Source of the DNA: Bacteroidales bacterium
GTDB lineage: Bacteria; Bacteroidota; Bacteroidia; Bacteroidales; Azobacteroidaceae
Direction: 5' to 3'
Length of the DNA: 64,000 nucleotides
Assembly (NCBI GenBank): GCA_031553435.1
Contig: JAVBLQ010000033.1
Location: forward strand, 846-64,845
The notes below the pieces were generated by a model. It was not told where the DNA came from. It searched no databases and saw only the letters and a list, made by a program, of their open reading frames with translations. The position numbers and the translations under genes were made by a program. Shown in pieces: positions 29,116 through 37,791 of the stretch; the stretch's first letter is position 1, and each line of letters begins with the position of its first letter.

Positions 29116-29220
29116 ATTGAGAAAGTGAAGAGTGAAGAGTGAAGAATTAAAATTGACTTTGTCAATTTTATTTTATCATGCGTAAGCAAAATTCTTCACT
29201 CTTCATTCTTCACTCTCAAT
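29116..29220. repeat. intergenic hairpin element, GTGAAGA word family, with nested inner hairpin and loop GCTTACGCAT (minus strand)
   Basis: attgagaaagtgaagagtgaagagtgaagaat pairs with attcttcactcttcattcttcactctcaat. The loop contains a perfect 9-bp hairpin aaaattgac-ttt-gtcaatttt (29149-29169) and atgcgtaagc (29178-29187). Lies between convergent genes and starts 1 nt after the S9 stop. Confidence 0.85.
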
Positions 29221-30193
29221 CACTCCATCCAAACGGATGCCTCGCTAGCGGTAATTTCGCCAACGGATGATAATCTCCCTTTAATCCGACTGGTTTTGCA
29301 TGGCGGATATCATGTACAATGTTGATGGCGTTGCGGGCATCTTCGATTCTAAAGCCTTCTCCGGATAGGATACCTTTATAACTTTCTGTGTGTAGTTCTG
29401 TAAATCCTTCGCTGAATTCAAAACTCTCTCCATCGATGGTGATGGTGCGGTAAGTCCGTTTTTCGCCTTGTACGGCATTCTCCGGAAGAGAGTCTGCATT
29501 GATGCTTAAAAAATAACGTACCCTAGCCTGATCCAACTCCATAAAACCAGCTACCCGGTCATGCGAACTGATATGTACGATATTCTCCTTAACATTCCCG
29601 AATATCCAGGAAAGCATATCATAAAAATGAATGCCGATGTTGGTAGCCACACCTCCGCTTTTATGAACGTCTCCTTTCCAGCTGGTGTAGTACCAATGTC
29701 CTCTTGAAGTAATATAAGTCAGATCAATATCATAGACTTTATCTTTGGGCCCGGATTCAATTTTCTTTTTCAGATCGATGATGGCTTGGTGTAAACGAAG
29801 TTGAAGGATTGTATAAATTCTTTTTCCTGTTTCTTTTTCCACATCTTTCAGGAAATCAATATTCCAGGGATTCAATACCAATGGTTTTTCACAAATTACA
29901 TCACAACCCAGGCGTAAACCGTAACGCATGTGAGCGTCGTGTAAATAATTCGGAGTACAAATAGATACAAAATCGATTTGTCGATTTGTTCCTTTTAGTT
30001 TTGTACAATGCCGGTCGAACAACTCCAGTTCTACAAAAAAAGAACTTTCCGGAAAAAAGCTGTCCAGGATTCCTACACTATCGAATTTATCATAAGCGGC
30101 AACCAAATGGTTTCCGGTGTCTTTGATAGCTCGTAAATGACGGGGAGCAATATAACCGGCAGAACCGATAAGAGCGAAATTTTTCATTTCCAT
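29216..30193 (-). CDS. Gfo/Idh/MocA-family oxidoreductase, WbpB-like
   Basis: 325 aa. N-terminus MKNFALIGSAGYIAPRHLRAIKDTGN, plus ICEKPL and GVATNIGIHFYDML blocks, resemble WbpB-type sugar-nucleotide 3-dehydrogenases. The start abuts the uxuA stop with no gap. Confidence 0.7.
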   Translation of the reverse strand: MEMKNFALIGSAGYIAPRHLRAIKDTGNHLVAAYDKFDSVGILDSFFPESSFFVELELFDRHCTKLKGTNRQIDFVSICTPNYLHDAHMRYGLRLGCDVICEKPLVLNPWNIDFLKDVEKETGKRIYTILQLRLHQAIIDLKKKIESGPKDKVYDIDLTYITSRGHWYYTSWKGDVHKSGGVATNIGIHFYDMLSWIFGNVKENIVHISSHDRVAGFMELDQARVRYFLSINADSLPENAVQGEKRTYRTITIDGESFEFSEGFTELHTESYKGILSGEGFRIEDARNAINIVHDIRHAKPVGLKGDYHPLAKLPLARHPFGWSD

Positions 30194-31357
30194 TTATGGA
30201 TAATTTATCACAGCCATCATTCCTGAAACTTCAGCCAGCGCTTTCATTCTTCCCAAAAATGAGTAACCGGGGTTATAGTTTTTATTTACATCATCAAGCA
30301 TCAATAATCCATGATCAACACGCATGGGCAATGATGGGTTTTCTTTTTCGAATATCCTGATAACTTCCGCCAAACGGCCCCGGCCGGATAGATGGGATGC
30401 TTCCTTAAAATTACCATCGGGAAAGATTTCGGTGCTTCTCAAGTGAACGAAATGTACTCTTGAGGCAAATTTTGCAGCCAAAGCCGGAACATCGTTATGA
30501 ATCCCCGAACTCAGAGAACCAGCACAAAATGTCAGTCCGTTGTGAGGATTATCAACCGCTTTCAGGATCCAATCAATATCTTCATCGTTCGTTACGATAC
30601 GGGGTAAACCCAGCACCGGGAAAGGAGGATCATCCGGATGGATACACATATTAATACCGGATTCTTCGGCAACAGGGATTACCTGTTCCAGGAAGTATTT
30701 CAGGTTATTCCTCAAATCATCTTTATCGATATGATTGTATTGAGCCAGCAAAGCATTGAAAATCCTGACGGGATCTTGTTCGTTTTCTTTTATATTCCCA
30801 TTGATGAATCCTTGTGTCTTAATAATAATGGTATAGATGAGATCGTCTTTTTCTTTTTGAGTAATTACTTTATCCAGTTCTATGACCTGACGCATCACTT
30901 CATCGGAATAGTCTTTGGCAGCATTTTCACGGTTCAGAATAAAACAATCGAAATAGGCAAAACGTATCCAGTCAAAATACAAGGTAACCGTGCCATCAGG
31001 TTGTTTATGGTTCAAATCGGTACGTATCCAGTCTATAACAGGCATAAAGTTGTAACAGACGGTTTTGATACCTGCTTTCCCCAGGTTTTGCAAGCTGATT
31101 TTATAATTGTGTATAAGCCGTTTCCTGTCTTTGCTACCGTTTTTTATTCCTTCGGAAACGGGTAAACTTTCAACGACCGACCAGTGTAATCCTGCATCCT
31201 CAATATATTGTTTTAAATCCAGGATATCTTCCAGTGGCCAGATTTCGCCATTCGGTATATGGTGCAGGGCTGTGACGATTCCCTCCACACCTATTTGTTT
31301 TAATGATTCTAAAGAAATAATGTCGTTTTTACCAAACCAACGCCAAGTTTTTTCCAT
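30194..31357 (-). CDS. uxuA: mannonate dehydratase
   Basis: 387 aa. MEKTWRWFGKND...VTALHHIPNGEIW N-terminus is characteristic of UxuA. Confidence 0.9.
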   Translation of the reverse strand: MEKTWRWFGKNDIISLESLKQIGVEGIVTALHHIPNGEIWPLEDILDLKQYIEDAGLHWSVVESLPVSEGIKNGSKDRKRLIHNYKISLQNLGKAGIKTVCYNFMPVIDWIRTDLNHKQPDGTVTLYFDWIRFAYFDCFILNRENAAKDYSDEVMRQVIELDKVITQKEKDDLIYTIIIKTQGFINGNIKENEQDPVRIFNALLAQYNHIDKDDLRNNLKYFLEQVIPVAEESGINMCIHPDDPPFPVLGLPRIVTNDEDIDWILKAVDNPHNGLTFCAGSLSSGIHNDVPALAAKFASRVHFVHLRSTEIFPDGNFKEASHLSGRGRLAEVIRIFEKENPSLPMRVDHGLLMLDDVNKNYNPGYSFLGRMKALAEVSGMMAVINYP

Positions 31358-31375
31358 GCTATGTTATTTTTTAAT

Positions 31376-31490
31376 GTGAAAGATGATGGTCGTTTCGCTC
31401 CTTTGTGAACTCGTTTCACTCGCTGTGAAGAGATGAGAAATACAACTCACCTTTCACAAAGGAGCGAAGCGATCTTCACCCTTCACTTTC
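31376..31490. repeat. ~110-bp palindromic repeat, GTGAAG-TCGCTTCGC family, copy 3 of 4
   Basis: gtgaaagatgatggtcgtttcgctcctttgtgaactcgtttcactcgctgtgaagagatgagaaatacaactcacctttcacaaaggagcgaagcgatcttcacccttcactttc. Lies in the divergent region between uxuA and hdrC. Confidence 0.85.
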
Positions 31491-31570
31491 ATAATGATTT
31501 CAATTTGTCAAATTTTTCATCAAAAATAAGAATTAAGTGGGAAAAACAATTCGATATTCAAATTATTTTG

Positions 31571-31578
31571 TATGTTTG
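31571..31578 (+). promoter_or_regulatory. candidate -7 promoter box TATGTTTG
   Basis: TAnnTTTG match 116 nt upstream of the hdrC-like start. Confidence 0.3.
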
Positions 31579-31693
31579 TCCCCTGAAATTTTGTATTTGA
31601 ACAGGATAAGATTTTAGAAATGGTATATACACCTTGATTCATACCCAAATTCCAAATTCTTGGGTGAATTTCTTTTGGATAATTTAATAAAAC

Positions 31694-32245
31694 ATGATAA
31701 AAACACATTCTCAATCAACTCTCAGTGGTCAAATCAGCGAGTCCGTGTGCGTACACAGTTCCCATTGCTATCAATGCGGGAAGTGTTCGGCGGGTTGTCC
31801 TTTGGCTCAGGATATGGATTACACGTCAAGTATGGTAATGCGGATGTTACAGGTAGAAGATGAGGCTATTGACAAAGAACTGCTTCAGTCACAGTCAATC
31901 TGGCTTTGTGCTTCCTGCGAAATGTGCATATCCCGTTGTCCGATGTCTGTCGACATACCAAAAATAATGGATTTTCTTCGTCAGAAATCTATTGAAAAAG
32001 GACTGCAAAATAAAAATGCAGCGAAAAATATCATACCTTTTCATCGTTCTTTTCTGGATATGATCCGTCTCACCGGTCGTTCTTATGAAATCGGATTAGT
32101 GGCTGATTATAAACTTCGAAGCAAAAATCTGTTTCAGGATTTGACATTGGCTCCTAAAATGTTTTTGAAAGGAAAATTGTCACTCATCCCGGAAAATGTG
32201 AAGGACAAGAAGAATATATCAATGATTTTTAAAAAGACTAAATAG
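31694..32245 (+). CDS. hdrC: heterodisulfide reductase subunit C-like (2x[4Fe-4S])
   Basis: 183 aa with two ferredoxin motifs, CYQCGKCSAGCP and CASCEMCISRCP. Confidence 0.8.
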   Translation: MIKTHSQSTLSGQISESVCVHSSHCYQCGKCSAGCPLAQDMDYTSSMVMRMLQVEDEAIDKELLQSQSIWLCASCEMCISRCPMSVDIPKIMDFLRQKSIEKGLQNKNAAKNIIPFHRSFLDMIRLTGRSYEIGLVADYKLRSKNLFQDLTLAPKMFLKGKLSLIPENVKDKKNISMIFKKTK

Positions 32246-32329
32246 TTTTACGTTTTGTGTTTTACGTTATACGTTGGCTTACGCACAACAAAACGTAAAA
32301 CGTAAAACGTAAAACGTACCACGTATAAC
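32245..32329. repeat. intercistronic hairpin element, AAACGT word family, loop GCTTACGCAC
   Basis: gttttacgttttgtgttttacgttatacgt / aaaacgtaaaacgtaaaacgtaaaacgtaccacgtataac, with the loop motif at 32277-32286. Confidence 0.85.
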
Positions 32330-32334
32330 TTGTT

Positions 32335-33204
32335 ATGAAAGAAACATTAGGATTTTACCCTGGTTGCTCACTGGAAGGAACTGCACGAGAATACTCCGAA
32401 TCCGTTATTTCACTTGCTAAAGCTTTCGATATAGAGCTCCAACAGGTACCTGACTGGAATTGTTGTGGAGCAACAGCCGCGCATAATTTAAACAAGGTGT
32501 TGTCACTTGCATTGCCTGCCCGTATTTTGGCTTTGGCTGAGAAAGCAGGAATGAAAGAAATTCTGGTTCCTTGCGCTGCCTGTTCTAACCGTTTACTGGT
32601 CACTCAACATGAATTGTTTGAAAATCAGAAGCTTAAAAAGGACGTGGAAGCTGCAATGGAAATGACTTTATCGGCTCCCATCCGTATCTTAAATGTAATC
32701 CAGTTTATACAAGAACATATTTTATCTGAGCTACCGGAGAAAATCAAAACTCCTTTTGGTAAGAAAACGGCTTGTTATTACGGATGCTTGCTGGTACGCC
32801 CCCATGAAATATTGCAATTTGATCGTTTAGAAGATCCGCAATCAATGGATGAGGTAATGAAAATTTTAGGTTCGGATACCATCGACTGGCCTTTCAAGAC
32901 CGAATGTTGCGGAGCGGGATTATCTGTCAGCCGTACGGATTTGGTAGCCAAATTATCGGGAAAAATAGTAAAAGAAGCAACAGACAGAGGAGCCGAAGCT
33001 ATCATTGTGGCCTGTCCGATGTGTCATGCGAATCTGGATATGCGCCGCTCAGCGATTGATAAATTTATCGGGAAAAAATCAGATATTCCTGTCTTGTATC
33101 TCACACAAGCCATTGGCCTTTCCGTTGGTTTAAGTGAAAAAGAAGTAGGAATTCAAAGACATTTAGTGAAAGTTGACTGGAAAAAATTGACAATGGAAAA
33201 TTGA
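32335..33204 (+). CDS. hdrB: heterodisulfide reductase subunit B-like (two CCG domains)
   Basis: 289 aa. CCG-domain cysteine pattern occurs twice (YPGC...NCCGA...PCAAC and YYGC...ECCGA...ACPMC). Confidence 0.8.
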   Translation: MKETLGFYPGCSLEGTAREYSESVISLAKAFDIELQQVPDWNCCGATAAHNLNKVLSLALPARILALAEKAGMKEILVPCAACSNRLLVTQHELFENQKLKKDVEAAMEMTLSAPIRILNVIQFIQEHILSELPEKIKTPFGKKTACYYGCLLVRPHEILQFDRLEDPQSMDEVMKILGSDTIDWPFKTECCGAGLSVSRTDLVAKLSGKIVKEATDRGAEAIIVACPMCHANLDMRRSAIDKFIGKKSDIPVLYLTQAIGLSVGLSEKEVGIQRHLVKVDWKKLTMEN

Positions 33205-33266
33205 CAATTGAAAATGAATGAATTGATACGATTTTTAATTGTCAATTCTCGATTTTCAATTGTCCA
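33195..33266. repeat. intercistronic hairpin element, GAAAATTGACAATTG word family
   Basis: ggaaaattgacaattgaaaatgaatgaattga pairs with taattgtcaattctcgattttcaattgtcc. The hdrB stop codon (33202-33204) lies inside the left arm. Confidence 0.8.
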
Positions 33267-33277
33267 TTAAAAAAATT

Positions 33278-35278
33278 ATGGCAAGAATTGGAGTTTTTAT
33301 ATGTCATTGCGGCGAAAATATTTCGGCAACCGTCGATTGTCCGAAAGTATCGGATGTCGCTGCAAAATTACCAGGTGTAGTTTACAGCACCGATTATAAA
33401 TATATGTGTTCCGACCCGGGACAATCAAAAATCAAGGACGCTATACTGGAGCATAAGTTGACGGGAGTGGTAGTTTCCGCCTGTTCGCCTCGTATGCACG
33501 AACCCACGTTTCGCAAAGCTTGTGCCGAAGCCGGGTTGAATCCATATCTCTGTGAAATGGCCAATATCCGCGAACATTGTTCCTGGGTACACGAAAAAGG
33601 TGAAGCAACCACTCAAAAGGCAATTGATCTGGTTCGTACTTTGGTAGAAAAGGTAAAGAACAATCATCCGCTTGAACCGATCAAAGTTCCGGTAAATAAA
33701 ACCGCGGTGGTGATTGGTGGTGGAGTGACAGGTATTCAAGCTTCGCTTGATATTGCCAATGCAGGACAAAAAGTAATTTTGGTAGAGCGTGAGCCGTCTA
33801 TCGGTGGAAAAATGGCGGGACTTTCCGAAACTTTCCCTACGCTCGACTGTTCGCAATGTATTCTTACGCCTCGAATGGTAGATGTGGCGCAACACCCCAA
33901 TATTACGCTTCTTACTTGTGCCGAAGTTGAAAGTCTGGATGGATTTATTGGTAACTTCAATGTGCGTATTCGCAAAAAAGCCAAATCGGTAGACGAAAAA
34001 TTGTGTACCGGTTGCGGATTGTGTACTACTAAATGTCCTTCTAAGAAGATTCCAAGTGAATTTGAACAAGGCCTGGCAAACCGTACAGCTATTTATGTGC
34101 CTTTTCCACAAGCTGTTCCAAATAAGCCGGTAATTGATCGTGCGAATTGTACTTATTTCAAAACAGGAAAATGCGGTGTTTGTAAAAAAATCTGCCCGAC
34201 AGGTGCAATTAATTACGAACAAGAAGACGAAATAATCGAAGTAAAAGCAGGCGCATTGGTTCTTGCTACTGGTTTTGACGTAAAAAAAGCTGATTTCTTT
34301 CCCGAATATGGTTACGGAAAATATAAAGACGTGATCAACGGATTACAATTTGAACGTTTGGCTTCGGCTTCCGGACCCACTAAAGGAGAAATTCGTCGTC
34401 CTTCTGACGGTGAAATTCCTAAAAAAGTAGTCTTCCTAGCTTGTGCAGGCTCACGTGATCCGGCTAAGGGAATTCCTTATTGCTCTAAAATCTGTTGTAT
34501 GTACACAGCGAAACACGCTATTCTGTACAAACACAAAGTACATGAAGGAACTCCTTACGTTTTCTACATGGATATCCGTGCTGCCGGCAAAAATTATGAT
34601 GAATTTACGCGCCGCGCCATTGAAGAAGACGGTGCAAAATATATCCGTGGCCGAGTTTCCAATATTTATGAAAAAGACGGAAAACTCATTGTTCGCGGAG
34701 CAGATACTCTGATGGGTGGTAAACCCGTTGAAATTGAAGCGGATATGGTGGTTTTGGCAAGCGCTGCCGTTTCATCCTGCGGCTCGGAAGAATTGGCTCA
34801 AAGACTTCACGTATCTTACGATCCTTATAAATTTTTTGCAGAAGCGCATCCTAAATTGAAACCGGTAGAAACAAACACAGCAGGAATCTTCTTAGCGGGT
34901 GCTTGTCAATCTCCGAAAGATATCCCGGAGTCGGTTTCTGCTGCATCTGGAGCTGCTGCGAAAGTAATCGGTCTGTTCTCAAACAGTGAGTTGACACGCG
35001 AACCGATTGTTGCAAAAGTGAATCGCATGCCTCCTCCTCTCTTCTCTACTTGCATGGGATGTGGAATGTGTGCTCAGATTTGTCCTTATCAAGCCATTGA
35101 TAAAGAAGAAATTAAAGATCGTGGCGGTAATGTGGTAAAAACAATTGCAGCGATCAATCCCGGACTTTGTCAGGGATGCGGAACCTGTGTCGCTTTCTGT
35201 AAATCCAAGTCCATTGATTTGGAAGGATACTCGAACAAACAAGTTTACGAAGAAGTTTTAGCATTACTTAATGAATAA
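33278..35278 (+). CDS. hdrA: heterodisulfide reductase subunit A-like flavo-iron-sulfur protein
   Basis: About 666 aa from MARIGVFICHCGENIS. FAD fold VIGGGVTGIQASLDIA and several ferredoxin motifs (CTGCGLCTTKCP, CGVCKKICP, CMGCGMCAQICP, CQGCGTCVAFC). Confidence 0.85.
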   Translation: MARIGVFICHCGENISATVDCPKVSDVAAKLPGVVYSTDYKYMCSDPGQSKIKDAILEHKLTGVVVSACSPRMHEPTFRKACAEAGLNPYLCEMANIREHCSWVHEKGEATTQKAIDLVRTLVEKVKNNHPLEPIKVPVNKTAVVIGGGVTGIQASLDIANAGQKVILVEREPSIGGKMAGLSETFPTLDCSQCILTPRMVDVAQHPNITLLTCAEVESLDGFIGNFNVRIRKKAKSVDEKLCTGCGLCTTKCPSKKIPSEFEQGLANRTAIYVPFPQAVPNKPVIDRANCTYFKTGKCGVCKKICPTGAINYEQEDEIIEVKAGALVLATGFDVKKADFFPEYGYGKYKDVINGLQFERLASASGPTKGEIRRPSDGEIPKKVVFLACAGSRDPAKGIPYCSKICCMYTAKHAILYKHKVHEGTPYVFYMDIRAAGKNYDEFTRRAIEEDGAKYIRGRVSNIYEKDGKLIVRGADTLMGGKPVEIEADMVVLASAAVSSCGSEELAQRLHVSYDPYKFFAEAHPKLKPVETNTAGIFLAGACQSPKDIPESVSAASGAAAKVIGLFSNSELTREPIVAKVNRMPPPLFSTCMGCGMCAQICPYQAIDKEEIKDRGGNVVKTIAAINPGLCQGCGTCVAFCKSKSIDLEGYSNKQVYEEVLALLNE

Positions 35279-35280
35279 AT

Positions 35281-35357
35281 CAATGTGACAATATGCCAAT
35301 GTGCCAATTTTTTGCGTATTAATTTGACTTATTGGCATATTAGCATATTGGCAAATT
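35281..35357. repeat. intercistronic hairpin element, ATATGCCAAT word family
   Basis: Left 18-mer atatgccaatgtgccaat (35291-35308) pairs with attggcatattagcatattggcaa (35331-35354). Starts 3 nt after the hdrA stop and ends 9 nt before the next start. Confidence 0.85.
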
Positions 35358-35365
35358 AAATAATT

Positions 35366-35812
35366 ATGTCTGAGTTTGAACCAAAAATAGTCGCATTTGT
35401 CTGTAACTGGTGTACTTATGCCGGTGCAGACTTAACAGGTACAAGCCGTATCAAATATTCGCCAAACGTAAAAATCATTCGTTTTCCCTGTACCGGACGG
35501 ATTGATTTCATGTTGCTTATCAAAGCTTTTGCCAATGGAGCCGACGGGATTATCGTATCTGGTTGTCATCCCAATGATTGTCATTACACTTCGGGTAATT
35601 TCCATGCGCGCCGCCGTTGGACAATTTTCCGCTCATTACTTAATTTCATGGGTGTGGAAATCGATCGGATCACATTTACCTGGGTTTCTGCTGCCGAAGG
35701 CGCCAAATGGGCCGAAGTAGTCAACTCAACTGCCGATAAGCTCAAGGCAATGGGGCCTTATGAAAAATATCAAAAAATTGCCAACGAAGTGTGGATAGAA
35801 CAGGAGTTATGA
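35366..35812 (+). CDS. MvhD/FlxD-like hydrogenase iron-sulfur subunit
   Basis: 148 aa. KIVAFVCNWCTYAGADLTG and PCTGRIDFMLLIKAFANGADGIIVSGCHPNDCHY are typical of the methyl-viologen-reducing hydrogenase delta subunit family. Confidence 0.8.
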   Translation: MSEFEPKIVAFVCNWCTYAGADLTGTSRIKYSPNVKIIRFPCTGRIDFMLLIKAFANGADGIIVSGCHPNDCHYTSGNFHARRRWTIFRSLLNFMGVEIDRITFTWVSAAEGAKWAEVVNSTADKLKAMGPYEKYQKIANEVWIEQEL

Positions 35813-35833
35813 ATTAAAAGTGAAAAATGAACA

Positions 35834-36637
35834 ATGAAAAATTTAATTGAGATAGCATCCAAACTCCTGCAATCCGGCGAAGTACAATGTATTGTAGGTT
35901 ATGGTGAAGGTTCCAATGAACGCGTCCGTCCTGCTTTTGCACGCAATGAAGAAGAAGTTTCAAAACTAATTTACGATAAACGTTGCACACAGAATCTGGC
36001 AATGTATCTGTATAAAAGAGAAATTGTCAAATTGGGAAAACCAGCTATTGTTGCCAATATTCACACTTTGCGCGGAATCATTCGTCTGGCTGCCGAAAAG
36101 CAAGTCAAAGACGGAACGCTCATTACTCTTTGTACCAAAGAAAACGGGGAAATTACCGAATGTCACACATTTGAAGAGATAGAAAATTATCTTTCAGGCA
36201 TTGAACATAAACTTAGTGTGGAAGATCAGGCTTTACTGGATAAAATCTCAGCGATGTCGCCCGATGAACGCTGGGCTTTCTGGAAAGTTGAAATGGAAAA
36301 CTGCATCAAATGTTACGCATGCCGTCAGGCTTGTCCGCTTTGTTATTGCAACCAATGTACCGTTGAAAATAATCAACCGCAATGGATTCCGGTTGCTGCC
36401 AGCACGTTAGGTAATTTTGAATGGCATATCATGAGAGCGATGCATCTTTCAGGACGTTGCATTTCGTGCGGACAATGTGCCGATGCATGTCCTGTAAATA
36501 TCCCGATCCACTTGCTGCCTATCAAATTATCCGAAGAAATCAGGGAAGTATATGGAACGGTTTCCGGGGTAAACAGACAGGAAGGTTGTGCAATGTCGAC
36601 ATATCAACCCAATGATAAAGAAGAATTTATAAATTAA
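35834..36637 (+). CDS. 4Fe-4S dicluster protein (FlxC-like)
   Basis: 267 aa with CIKCYACRQACP and CISCGQCADACP motifs. Positioned between the MvhD-like and AsrA-like genes. Confidence 0.6.
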   Translation: MKNLIEIASKLLQSGEVQCIVGYGEGSNERVRPAFARNEEEVSKLIYDKRCTQNLAMYLYKREIVKLGKPAIVANIHTLRGIIRLAAEKQVKDGTLITLCTKENGEITECHTFEEIENYLSGIEHKLSVEDQALLDKISAMSPDERWAFWKVEMENCIKCYACRQACPLCYCNQCTVENNQPQWIPVAASTLGNFEWHIMRAMHLSGRCISCGQCADACPVNIPIHLLPIKLSEEIREVYGTVSGVNRQEGCAMSTYQPNDKEEFIN

Positions 36638-36645
36638 ATAATGTG

Positions 36646-36715
36646 TTAATATGCCAATGTGCCAATAAGTAGGTAATAATTGGCATATTGGCATATTAGA
36701 AAATTGGCATATTAA
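36646..36715. repeat. intercistronic hairpin element, ATATGCCAAT word family
   Basis: atatgccaatgtgccaat (36649-36666) pairs 17/18 (one G-U) with attggcatattggcatat (36679-36696). A third word copy at 36704-36714 ends 2 nt before the ATG at 36717. Confidence 0.85.
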
Positions 36716-36716
36716 A

Positions 36717-37727
36717 ATGGCTAATATAAAATTATTAAGAAAAGAAGCTTACAACAAACTGGTTAATAAGCTTCTTGAAAAAAATAAAATCTACGCACCA
36801 ACCCAACAAGGCAAACGCGTAGGATACCAACGGATCACATCTGCTGAAGAAATTGCCGACGATTTCATCATTCCGGATATGTCGGCCAAATCCATTGTTT
36901 TTCCACGGACAGAAAAATTATTCGGATATACTAAAGATCAGAATGATGTGGAAGTCCAGGATTTTGATATGGAAGCTGTTCCTTACAAGATTGTTTGGGG
37001 AATCCGTCCATGCGATGCGGCAGGCATTCAAAGTCTGGCTGCTATTTTCAACTGGGGTCCGGCCGATCCGATTTTTGCACGCCGTTTGGAATGTACAACT
37101 TTCGTAGGACTTTCCTGTTCAAAAGCTGATGATTATTGCTTTTGTACTTCTTTAGGTGGAGGTCCTGGTAATACCAAAGGATGTGATATTTTACTCACAA
37201 AAACAGATGATGGAGATTTCATCGCTGAAATCCTTACTCCAAAAGGAGACGCAATTTTTGAATCTGCACCTGAATTATTCGAAGATTCGGAGAACTTAGA
37301 TAAAGAAAAATATCTGGCCAATGTTCCCAAACGCTTTGATGATACAAATTTAACTGAACGCATCAATGGTGTTTTTGATACCAATATGTTTGATGAATAT
37401 GCTATGCGTTGTCTGGGTTGTGCGGCTTGTGCCTATGTTTGCCCAGTTTGCGCCTGTTTCGACATTCAGGATGAAACCAAAGGAAGCAAAGGACAACGGA
37501 TACGTACCTGGGATTCCTGCGGAGCTAAATTATTTACTTTACATACTTCGGGACATAATCCGCGTGAAACTCAGGGAGCCCGCTGGCGTCAACGCCTGAT
37601 GCATAAGTTTGCCTATATGCCCGAACGTTTGAGTGTACGTGGCTGCATCGGTTGCGGACGTTGCTCACGCCGTTGCCCGGTCGACATGAACATTGCAGAA
37701 AGTTTAAATAATTTGCCAATTAAATAA
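36717..37727 (+). CDS. AsrA/HydB/FlxB-like iron-sulfur protein
   Basis: 336 aa with CLGCAACAYVCPVCACF and CIGCGRCSRRCP motifs. Size and pattern resemble the anaerobic sulfite reductase A / sulfhydrogenase beta family. Confidence 0.65.
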   Translation: MANIKLLRKEAYNKLVNKLLEKNKIYAPTQQGKRVGYQRITSAEEIADDFIIPDMSAKSIVFPRTEKLFGYTKDQNDVEVQDFDMEAVPYKIVWGIRPCDAAGIQSLAAIFNWGPADPIFARRLECTTFVGLSCSKADDYCFCTSLGGGPGNTKGCDILLTKTDDGDFIAEILTPKGDAIFESAPELFEDSENLDKEKYLANVPKRFDDTNLTERINGVFDTNMFDEYAMRCLGCAACAYVCPVCACFDIQDETKGSKGQRIRTWDSCGAKLFTLHTSGHNPRETQGARWRQRLMHKFAYMPERLSVRGCIGCGRCSRRCPVDMNIAESLNNLPIK

Positions 37728-37773
37728 TTTGCCAATATGCCAATGTTACGAAAAATTGGCACATTGGCATATT
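37710..37773. repeat. intercistronic hairpin element, ATATGCCAAT word family
   Basis: Left words aatttgccaat...tttgccaatatgccaatg overlap the last codons (NNLPIK) and the stop codon. The right arm attggcacattggcatat (37755-37772) is identical to 3271-3288. Loop is ttacgaaaa. Confidence 0.8.
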
Positions 37774-37791
37774 ATCACATTAATTTATTAA

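Noticed and set aside
33425-34222. 265-aa ORF on the minus strand
   Set aside because: It is antisense to hdrA, whose FAD and Fe-S motifs are unambiguous. It is a shadow ORF.
33278-35278. In-frame TGA (selenocysteine) in hdrA or the neighbouring redox genes
   Set aside because: All seven ORFs are continuous with ordinary stops. No in-frame TGA needs recoding.
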